This document shows, piece by piece, positions 53,883 through 64,000 of a stretch of 64,000 nt of DNA (within the stretch, counting starts at the first letter, position 1; every line of letters starts with the position of its first letter). The notes under the pieces are model-generated. The model was not told the DNA's origin. It saw only the letters and a list, made by a program, of their open reading frames with translations, and searched no databases. The stretch lies in assembly GCA_964247055.1 (NCBI GenBank), contig OZ176053.1, positions 1,302,001 to 1,366,000 of the forward strand, in the 5' to 3' direction. This DNA is from Paragordius varius. Taxonomy: Eukaryota; Animalia; Nematomorpha. Position numbers and translations under genes: made by a program.

Positions 53883-56800
53883 TATTAAAATGCAAACAAA
53901 CCATGTTTCCATATGCCGCGGAATAAATAAATAGGTTCCAAATTTATAAAGGTATCTGTATGATCTTGAAAACTATTATTGCTTATATTTTTAGGTGTCG
54001 TCGGGCTAGGGTTTATGGTCATATTTGAAATATCTGGGTTAAGCAAAGGCGTTTTATTAGGTTTTTCCTTATTTTTTTCAGTCATTTCTCTCAAGGCTTC
54101 CTCCAGAATCTTTCTATGACGGGGTTTCAATTCAAACAACAATAAATTATTATTTTCAGTTTGTGATGATTGTGACATTATTAAGTATTTAGCCAATAAA
54201 TTGTTGAACCATTCTAGTAAGAAAAAAGAGTTAAATTTTTCATTTGTGGTCAGAATGTCTAAAATAAGTATTTTGTGGATGTTTGAGAGAGAATCCGTGC
54301 CCATCAAATTGGATAAAAATCTGAAGCATTCCATAGAAGCGATGTTTTGCTTTGCATCCATTTTCTCACTTAAATAAAATAGTTTGCGTTTAAAAAATCA
54401 TTTTTTAAATTTACAATTCACTATAACTAATACTTTTGGGAGAGGGAATCGTTAACATATAAATAAGCCGCTTGTATTAAGGCATAGAGCGTAAAACAAC
54501 ACGAGTTTCCATAACTGTTATTGTTGCCATTTAATAAAGCCAATTTGCAAGATTTCGTATTATTAGTTTCAGTTGGATTTAAATTTTCTGTTAGAACGAT
54601 ATCGTCAGAACAAAGTTGAGTTATATTAAGATTAAGGGCCTGGCCTAAAAAATCAAATTGTCGCATAAATTGGGACAGAGGATGTAATTTTGACTGTTTT
54701 GGTGGATTGCAAAGGCATTTAAGAAGTGTGAAGAGATGTGGATACATTGATAGGGGTAGTTTGACAGATATATCTATAACTTTCTAATGAAAGAAAAACA
54801 AAAAGTAATTAGAAATATTAAGAGAAGAATAACGAAAACTAACTACGAAACCTGTCTATAATCTTGTAGTAATGAGCCATCTTCTGAAGAATCAAATAGA
54901 TTGTCAATTAAATGAGTATTGAGCCTATTATGATCACAACAAGGTGGAATGGTGGATGAGATTAAATGCGTTAGCAATCCAAGTAGGTGATATGTTGAGT
55001 CACTGCTCTTCGTGCAAGTAATTGCCTCAAATAAGGCCAGTAAACATTTCTACTAACGGTTATTAATCAAAATATATAACATTTTAAGTTAAATAGAAAC
55101 GTTATTATATATGTATATGCTAACTTGTTTGATAATATTGACTAAATCTTTAGCTTGCATAATGCTCACATAAAAATATACTCCAAAGTTCCCATCGAAA
55201 TTGCTAACATTTTCATTTTCCATTTCCCTGTGCTGATTTGAACTGGAATCGCCCTTTTTACCTTTGAAATTTATATAACAAGCAAATAGTAAGCAATTAT
55301 TAATCATGCCGAATAAAAACAATATCAATCATATAAATAGGACCTAGAATAACAATATTTAAAAATATTTGAAACATCATATGTATAAAAAAATAATTAG
55401 TGGAGACTTTCTTACTATTTAAATAAATTTGTCTGGCTAATAGTTCGGTCGAATCTAAAAATCGTTCCAAAAGATTGGGGAAAAATTGGAAAAAATCATT
55501 CCATAAAGTTGTAAAGACATTTTTTCCTACTGAGTTGTTCTTTATATTTTGTTCAGTTTGATTGCTTTGTAAAGATTTGATATTCTCAGCCGGTTTCAAT
55601 CCAGCCTCCTGAGCCAACACTAAAATAAGCAAGTCCAAAATCTGTTTTCGAAAAATTAAAATTAGTCTCTTGTTAAACTCAAAAAAATATAATATAAATT
55701 ACATGTAGAGACGATGAGGGAGAGCTTGTATAAACGTGAGCACTTTTTTGCATTATAAAGCGTCCAACATTGATTGAAGTTTTAAACAAATTCAAAAATG
55801 TTTCTGCGATTCGGACAAAACTAAAAAGAGTTACCATTTTAAAGTTATTTATGAAATAAAATATTGTAATTTAACACAAACCATTTATTACGCATATTTA
55901 GATTTTGATCATCATTGTTTGATGTCATAATAAATATTGTTTTATTTTCGGCACACAGAGCATGGAAAAATTTATTGTAAATTCGTTCTATTCGGTTAAA
56001 TGTTTCCATTGGGATTTCAAAAGAAGTTTCATTGTTTTTGCCATCTTTAAAAAAGACATTAACACTTTTGAGTGATTGATTTTTGAGATATGACAACACA
56101 TATTGTGTAATTAAATTTAGGGCTAAAATGTGATTCTCCGTCAAATTCAGTTGAGGAATAATTTTGATCAAAGAGGTCAAAATCTTATTTTCTAACAAAT
56201 TCTTAACTTTTTGTGACAAATCAGATTGAGGAGATTCGTTGGTTTCGATATTATTTGAAGTTATTTGCGCTTCAAACGTTGAAAGACACAAAATTAATTG
56301 TTCAACAAGATCAAGGCTATATATCTCACCCATACTTTCAAATATTAAACTACTATAAAAGGTAATTACATACCCAATATTTTCTATAATAAGTAAGGCC
56401 GTTTCATTTCTGTTTAAGATTTCGGGTAAAATTAATAAAAAATCTTTTTGTAAAATAGGATCAAAGTGCTGAAAATTGGCAAACAAAATTGATACAAATT
56501 TCTGCGGATAAACGATATTATAAAACTTGTTCATCATATATAACGTTTGTATTTCGAATAACATTAATTTTAGCATGTCCCTGTTTTGAAGCGTGAGAAA
56601 TGATATAACGTAGAAGAATCGGTTGAAATTTGAAGTTACCTAAAAGTATGGATGCGATTGAATGCATAGTTTCTCTATAAATTAAACTTAAAATACTCAT
56701 TCCCAAAAACAATCGGGTTAAACAATTTATTAAATTGAGAAGCTACAAAATTTTCCGCTTCCTCGGCTAACTTATTATCAGTGAAATCGTAAGTGTCCAA

Positions 56801-56964
56801 TATTTCAATGAAATTTTCAATGTTCCCTTATATATAATATTATCCAAAAAACCTCTAATTATACGCGGTTCAGATAAGTCAAAATAGTGCTTAAAAAACT
56901 TTTCTACAGAATTCTCCGAATAAGTCCCTTTGACTGATGATGATGTTTTCGTCAATCTTACCAT
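48965..56964 (-). CDS. FANCD2: Fanconi anemia group D2 protein, copy 3 (ancestral-position copy next to SLC35C1)
   Basis: Same exon series as copy 2 (ORFs 56767-56964, 55845-56576, 55300-55638, 54427-54747, 53885-54361, 51835-52104, 49507-49959, 49167-49367). The 3' end is approximate. Confidence 0.9.
51081..51361. mobile_element. Tc1/mariner-type MITE (orthologous to 810-1061)
   Basis: CAGT…ACTG termini, TA flanks. Confidence 0.85.
52880..53174. mobile_element. Tc1/mariner-type MITE (orthologous to 2563-2854)
   Basis: Same TIRs and position. Confidence 0.85.
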
Positions 56965-57042
56965 AATAATTTGAACGATGTGGGATTATTTCATGTGTTT
57001 TTGTGGGCTTAAAGAATAACTTATGAGACATATGAAATCGAT
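56965..57042. promoter_or_regulatory. Putative bidirectional promoter between FANCD2 and SLC35C1
   Basis: Divergent predicted start codons only 78 bp apart. Confidence 0.5.
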
Positions 57043-59032
57043 ATGACAGTTTCGCAGTCAGTAATTATTTTTGGGGTTGTTTTGCTCTATTGGTATAATG
57101 ACCTGTAATTCTTAGGTTTATTTCCATATCGTTGGTATTTATCAACAAAATATTGCTCAGTGATAAAATATATGATGTAAGGTACTTCCCTATAATAATC
57201 AAATTTTATTAGCTAAAAGCTCCCATATTATTAACATGGTTTCAATGCATAATAACGCTTTTACTGTGTTTTGCGATTAACTTTGCCTCTAAATACTGCA
57301 AATATATTCGAAACATTCCGCCTTGTCCCATTCGATGGAAATATTGTTATGAAGTTTTTATCTCACATATATTTATGAATACAGGCTCTACCCTTATCAA
57401 TAGTGTTTGTTTGCATGATAGCTTTCAATAATTTATGCTTAAAATTTGTCGGAATTTCTTTTTATTATGTGGGACGATCTCTCACCACCGTTTTTAATGT
57501 GGTAAGTATTGTGGTTTAAAAACCCAAAAAAATTGATTGATTTAATTTTAAGCTTTATTTAACATTCGTTAGATTTTTATATATATTATTCTGAAACAAA
57601 AAACATCAATTCGAGCCATTGGCTGCTGTTTGATTATCATATTCGGATTCGCTTTGGGCGTCGACCAAGAAAAAGCCCTAGGTAAGTTTAACGCACTTGT
57701 TTGTAATTCAAATTGAGTTTTTCATGTAAATTCTTTCATTAATTAAGAGATGTATAATTTTCTTTTATTTTTTAGGTTCGGTATCTTTTGTGGGCATACT
57801 TTATGGGGTTCTGGCGAGTGCGTCTGTAGCGCTCTTTTCGATTTACATGAAGAAATTATTGCCTCTCATGGACAATAGTATTTGGCGAGTCACTTTTTAC
57901 AACAATCTCAACGCCTGTCTTATTTTCATTCCAATCATTCTCTCCAATGGCGAATTGCAAAGGTAAATCAATCCTTCTTTCTGTTCAATCAAATACCCCG
58001 TCTTAATTATTTTTTATTTTTAACCTTAGTGCCGCACGAAAAATTATAGTTTGTGAGATTTGATCTCGAAAATTACCCATTAGGTTAATAAAAATCCTCC
58101 AAAATTTTTGTATTTTGACAAATATAGAAAATGTATTACTTTGATATTTTTCTTATATTTGTGCACAAGAATTAAATGGCTGCAAACAGCGCCTATAAAG
58201 CTCACATTTATTATCTTTTAGACAAATACTAGTCGTTTATTATAATAACACGAATTTTATCAGGGCGTTGTTAACTATAAATATCATTAAGAGGGATTTT
58301 AATAAAAGGCTACTATTGTATATTGTATGTGTTGTAGGTTTATAAGCATGGCTCTCCCAACTACCGATAATAATGGCGATGAAAAACTCTACTCTTCTCT
58401 GCTTTTTGAATCCAAATTCTGGGGAATGGTTTGGGCCAGTGGCTTTTTCGGATTTGCTATTGGTTATGTCACCGGCCTACAAATTCATGTAAATTTTCGA
58501 AAAAAACTTTATATATATATTACAATATGTTTAAATTTTATTAGACGCGCATTCATTTAAAAGCGATATAAAGAAATTTGAACTCATAATTTGTTTTGTG
58601 GTATAATTTGATTGCAAATGAGACCCAAGAAATGCATAAACATAAACATTTTATGAATAAATACTGATGATGAATTAGGTAACGTCTCCCCTAACTCACA
58701 ATATAAGTGGAACAGCCAAAGCCGCTTTCCAGACCGTGCTGGGCGTCGTTTGGGCTCATGAACACAAATCAGTTGTTTGGTGGGCCAGCAATCTAATTGT
58801 GTTGATCGGTTCCATGGCATATACTCACATTCGCCATTCAGAAATGGTCAACGCCACTAAGACTGGGCGTTCTTCTGTTAAAAGGAACATTGCCGGATCC
58901 AGGAAGCATAGGAATGCCACTTCTCTCCCCCGCATTAAAAATCAAACAGGTACCACACACTCTCGCTCTCTACGTTTCGGATATCTTTATTATTACAGTA
59001 ATGAAATGCTGACAAAACCTATAAAAATATAA
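57043..59032 (+). CDS. SLC35C1: GDP-fucose transporter 1-like (SLC35C1); exons 57043-57092, 57116-57176, 57213-57353, 57385-57501, 57573-57681, 57776-57962, 58338-58488, 58679-~59032
   Basis: The spliced frame gives '[14 protein letters not shown]', '[11 protein letters not shown]', '[38 protein letters not shown]', 'GFALGVDQE', '[14 protein letters not shown]', '[15 protein letters not shown]' and '[14 protein letters not shown]...WWASN', all hallmark SLC35C1 segments. All introns are GT..AG and phase-consistent. The true 3' end is uncertain. Confidence 0.93.
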
Positions 59033-59272
59033 AAACAAATGTTTTTTTCTAAAAGACAACCCTACTTTTTTGAACCTCATTTTTTCCTACATAAATTACT
59101 TGAATACACCTTTAAATAATTTAACTGAGTGTATTAACACAATTCAAATATCTAATCCCTATTTTGCAACCCAAAACAATGAGTAATATTTGAATAAATT
59201 GAATTTTAAAAAATATGGTTGTCTTTTACATAATATGTTTTACGTTTCTCCGTATAATTTCAATTTTTACTG
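58996..59272. mobile_element. Tc1/mariner-type MITE at the 3' end of SLC35C1
   Basis: TA-CAGT…ACTG-TA; diverged TIRs of the same family. Confidence 0.75.
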
Positions 59273-60419
59273 TAATGTCAAATATTTTTACGTGTTTTTG
59301 GTAGAAAAATATTAATTAGGGTTAGTATATGATAGCATAAATACATTTTTTACCCATTTTAAAAGATAGTATTATTATTTAGAAGATTCCGTGGCGAGTG
59401 TTACAATTAATGTCAATCAAAACGATTCTTTCAATAGCACTGTTGCCGCGCATAATATTAATATGAAACCAATTACAGATAAAACTCCATTGTTGTAAAT
59501 GATGTAATCTAACAATTTTTATAGCAAATATACTGATGACCGGTCTATGTCAAATATTTTTACATTTTCATGGAAAAAAGTAATAGAGAAATTCGCATTT
59601 TAGAAGCATTTAAAAATATTATTTTATTATATATATTATTCAAACACACACATAATTTTATAAAAAAGGATTGGGTATGGGGTCTGTGCCCAAATTTATA
59701 TATTTATATGCACTTCTCTGGGTGAAAATAATGTTATTGTGATACATATATTACAAGAGCCATACGTATACAATTGAAATAAATTATTTTATATGGGGAA
59801 TACATTGTCACCTAAATAACTAACGTTATAAAATGTTGATTCTTAATTTTCTAAATAAGCATATTTTAAATGGGTCTCATTGTTTACCGAGATGTGGTGT
59901 CGATTTACAAACGGTTTTTTTAAAGCGGATGGAATCACTTAATGCGGATATGGTATATTATAGGGTTGAAAGAGGATGTTATGATAAACTAGGAAATAGA
60001 TAAATTACATTAAAAATCAACGGACGGCACCATAGAGAAAATGGTGTTTCAAGCAAAATCTAGGTTCATTAAGACTGCGTTCCAATTTTGTTTTTTTTTA
60101 AATTTTTTTATGAAAAGTAAATGTTTCATTCCAATAAAATATTACTATGACCACATATATAAAGCAATGTTTTTATATAATTTTAGATGTGGGCTTCTAA
60201 AATCTCAAATTTTTGTGACCCGTTAAAAATAATCAAGTTCTCTTTATATAAAGATAGCGAAAGTGCACGATAAAAATTAAAAAATATTGCTAAATTTTGA
60301 CATCAAAAAAATTTTTTCCGAAAAAATGGGTATTTTTCTTGAATTTAATTTATGGCAAAATTATTGTGAAGCGAGTATTAAAATGGTGGAAACGGTATAA
60401 AAACTTTGAGATAGATCAA

Positions 60420-60826
60420 CACTTCAATAGTGTCCTTGAACACTAAGTTGGTCCTTGAACACTTCAAGTTGGTCCTTTGACTTTTTTGTTTTGTTTTTAT
60501 ATCAAACAAATCGTATATCATTCATATCTTTTATCGTTTTTAACCTATTTTCTATTATTTAACATAAATTTTAAATAAATATCAACTTTTAATAATTGCG
60601 AAACCGTATACCTTTATTAATTTCTCAAATTTTGGATATTTATAATTTTAACACAAACAAAATTAGGTTAACAAATAATAAAAAAAACAAGCAAAAATTA
60701 TGGTAAATTACGATTTCAACATTTTAAGTACCAACTTGAAGTGTTCAAAAAAAACTAGAAGTGTTTGAGGACCAACTTGAAGTTTTTAAGGACCAACTTG
60801 AAATGTTTAAGAAGACGCTTGAAGTG
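60420..60826. mobile_element. Non-autonomous CACTA/CMC-like element, 407 bp
   Basis: Termini CACTTCAA…TTGAAGTG, 3-bp TSD CAA (60417-60419 and 60827-60829), subterminal tandem ~21-bp repeats cttgaacacttcaagttggtc / gaccaacttgaagtgtt in inverted arrangement. Confidence 0.7.
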
Positions 60827-62894
60827 CAAATGGTATATCCCCCGATTTGGGACGCAGTGTAATGCTTATATCAATTGATATGTTTATCCATTGTCCTATT
60901 TACGGAGAAAAAATATTTTCTCCTACCTTTAATCTGGTGCATACATACATATGCTAAGCATTCGTTTGGTTTTATTTATAGAGGGAGTTTCCATTATTTT
61001 CATGTAAGCCAAGATAAATAATCTTTATACGAAAATATTTTTTTTAAGTAAAATTAGACTTAAATGTTGGTAATTTACGTTTTTTATATAAAGGGACTTA
61101 ATTTTTAACGTACATAAAAAACCCGAGGTTGCTTGAAATTTTTTTTGAATAAGTACTCATTATGAATTGCATTTTTCCAATTTAGCAAGATTATAGACTT
61201 TTTATGGTAACATTTGAACGAATTCAACACGCTCTTAAATTAAATTTTAGCTGAAACCTATGTAACGCGAATAACTCATACTATTCTTTATATATTCTTG
61301 TTATGTTAACTATATATATATATATGTTACCTGGTGTGCTGTCACGATGAAAATTATACTCCAATTAACAGTTCATTACCTTCGCACTTATTTGTCTCTA
61401 TTTACCTTTTGAGGTAATTTTATATCCCACAGCTCTATTTTGTATATAAACTATTAAAGTTATTTTAGTTAAAATTTAATTTATTAAACATTGTCTAATT
61501 ATAAAATAAATAATTTATTACAGTTTTGTGACTTCTAGATCGTAAAATTGGGACACCTCCAAAACTCGATTAAAATTAACAGCTGATATTAATATCAATG
61601 GATATCAAGTTTTTGCTGGTAAAATGTAGCTTTTTAAAATTAAATAATTACATTTTCTAACCATAAGATACATTTATTTGCCTGTTGCATTGGCGATTTA
61701 AAAAAAATTTATATAAAAAATGGCGGAAAAAAGTTTGAAATGCGGATTTTTTAATTTAACATTTTTTAAAAAAATGAGTAATGCGCCTAAATTACTAAAG
61801 AAAGTTTATTTTATATTCGGCTTAATACCATAAATACTTTTTAAGATATTCAAATTTCAAATTTCTCTGGGATATAACTCCCCAAAAGTTATTGGAGTGT
61901 TTTAATATATGGGAAAATTTTGTATTAACACGCCATAATCAAATCTTATACAGCAACCAGCACTATTATAAGCCTTATCTGTATTTCTAATAGTTAAAAG
62001 GAATTTTAGCTTACATGTCAGAGGCCATGTATGATATTTTTTGTTTTATTAGTTATATTTTTAAAAATATGGAGATCCCTTAGTTTGGTTACAAACTCTG
62101 GTGTTGTGTTGTATATCTGTGCAAGTTTATGGATTGAATGTCTTGTAATTATTGAATCTGATCTGAGTATCGTAGCTTAGACCTTCCACGTTTCCTATCC
62201 CTTTCGACTGGGCCTAACGTGGTTTTTTTTTTAATACCCTTCATATAAAATACAGATATGGCCTATAATAGTGCTCCTTATTTTTTATTTATCCATTTCA
62301 TGTTCTTTATGTTACCAAATAAATGTTTTCTCTATAAAACACGTCTATATAATACAATATAAATTTGATGCCGCACTGATATCAGCCCCTTAGAATATTA
62401 AATTAATTAATGTTTCCCATTCAAATATTAGGAACATCATTTAGATATTATATGCGAATTTTAAATGAGAAATCTCTGGAGCTCTCGACAGAATTAAATT
62501 ATTAAAAAAATTAATTTTATACGCGCTGTTACCTTTTCCGTTATGGCCCAATATTCCACAAAGAATCCATGAATTGCTAATTACAATGTAAAATGTATTT
62601 ACCGTTTTTTATAAACACTAATTTTGGTGAAAGATTTTTAAAATTATTATCGCACCTTTGGCTTTGTCGACCGTATTTTAATCAAAGTTGTTTTAGGGGC
62701 CTCAAAAACTATGAAAATCACATCGCTTAAGTTTTTAATTAACTCAAAAACTATTTTAATTTTAAACATCTAAGTTTTTCCAAAAAATAAGTACCATACG
62801 CCAGATTTTTTGATTTTGACAAATAACTAAAACATTGCAATATTTTTTGACAAATCCTCAAAAAATAACATAGACGAATTCTTATAGTTTAATT

Positions 62895-63495
62895 CAGTTG
62901 TGCTCATCAAATAATTTTGAAGGGCCGAACAAAATATTATTTTTGTCTCAAGGGCCACAAAACAAAACCGACAAATATTGCATGGCTTCATGTGCAGATA
63001 GTTATAATTTAAATTAGTACACCAAGATTTTTGCCGGTTATATATAATGACAACTAAAAATGGGCATTTTTATACCCAATTTTTGACAATTTGGTTAGCG
63101 TAACAAGGTAATCTAATGTCATCTCCCTATGGCTTCTAACATATTTCATTTTTAGCCAGAATAACTTAAGCACATTATATATTTTAATATTTATGGCCAT
63201 CTTGCCAAAACTCAATACTAACCCTTGCGATTCCCTTTAAATGTTTCTTCTAAGTTAGAATAAAGATCGATAAATTCTTCAACAATATTTGATGAAAACC
63301 CATAAGTTTCAAAGAAAGTCGGAAATTCTTCCATAAAATATAATTATATACTCTAATTACCAGATCCAACACATTTTTAAATACATAAAAATAAATTAAT
63401 ATCACAATCATTTTTTTTATTCATTGTAAGCAACCAAAAAAGATTGTCAAGGGCCATAAAAAGCACTTTTAGGGCCCACGGTTGGGGTATCATTG
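62895..63495 (-). mobile_element. Degraded hAT (Buster/Charlie-like) deletion derivative
   Basis: Minus-strand 5' end caatgataccccaaccgtgggccc and 3' end …gatgagcacaactg resemble Charlie-type termini. The internal minus-strand remnant 'VEEFIDLYSNLEETFKG…SIEFWQD' resembles the hAT C-terminal region. No clean TSD. Confidence 0.5.
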
Positions 63496-63884
63496 GATAA
63501 TCAAGAAATGCATATTTTAAATATTGGGTCACAGGGTAATATTTTCGAAAAAAAAACGTTGGGTAAATACATATTCATAATAGGTAATATAATGCTCGAT
63601 CCTCTCTCAACAATATTAACCATTTAATTTAACTTATATTGTAATGCCTTAATTACTTAAAGCAAAAATTAAGTATGTCAGTTATAACCTTTAGAGATAG
63701 GGAATTATCTAATTCAAATACAATTCATTGATATCCAAATTTGAAAAAATAATTTATTCGGTATAATTATCGATATTAAAACATTAAAATGATTGAATAC
63801 CCTGAAGATGGATTTTAAACCATTAAATTTAGAGCAAAGTATCGAACAAAATTTGTAATAAAAAAACTTTTGGGCGATTATACA

Positions 63885-64000
63885 TTAACGAGGTGGTGGT
63901 GGTCGAGGACCGGGCGGGATGGGTGGAGCGTTAGCGCGCGGAGGACCGGGTGGGCGAGCTGCCATTCCCGGAGGAGGGGGAGGAGGAGGGCCTGGTCTAG
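63885..64000 (-). CDS. 3' end of a proline-rich protein (RPGPPPPPPPGMAARPPGPPRANAPPIPPGPRPPPPR*), possibly an Sm-B/SF3B4-type RNA-processing factor
   Basis: Abrupt GC-rich block at the window end. The minus frame is open to the edge and stops at TAA 63885-63887. Identity is a guess from composition only. Confidence 0.55.
   Translation of the reverse strand, partial: RPGPPPPPPPGMAARPPGPPRANAPPIPPGPRPPPPR

Larger units (their letters stand above)
33599..57026. repeat. Segmental tandem duplication unit 2 (spacer + FANCD2 copy 3), ~23.4 kb
   Basis: Same order of elements as unit 1, but lacks the hAT insertion and the 752-bp segment. Satellite lengths differ. Confidence 0.9.

Noticed and set aside
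59870-60226. Short open frames in the distal intergenic region
   Set aside because: No motif, splice or repeat support.

Overview
Very AT-rich eukaryotic (metazoan-type) genomic DNA with small spliceosomal introns (23-36 nt in the best-resolved gene). This is consistent with a compact parasite genome such as a myxozoan cnidarian, which is inference only. About 57 kb of the window is a head-to-tail segmental array: three copies of a multi-exon FANCD2 gene on the minus strand (start codons at 6910, 33535 and 56964), separated by two copies of a ~14-18 kb spacer. Each spacer carries a GC-richer gene remnant with 17-nt GT-AG micro-intron candidates, a ~206-nt and a 66-nt fold-back hairpin, a poly-G tract, alternating-orientation satellite blocks, four copies of a ~115-bp element made of a telomere-like G-quadruplex motif plus two GNA-triloop hairpins, and a Nup98 autoprotease-like fragment. 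The first spacer alone also has a 3.1-kb hAT (Blackjack-like) transposon with an 8-bp TSD and a 752-bp segment bounded by 14-bp direct repeats. The rightmost FANCD2 copy lies head-to-head (78 bp apart) with a GDP-fucose transporter gene (SLC35C1-like), which marks the ancestral locus. Beyond it are MITEs and transposon remnants and the 3' end of a proline-rich gene at the window edge. Gene calls come from remembered motif similarity, not database searches, and not every FANCD2 exon boundary could be resolved.
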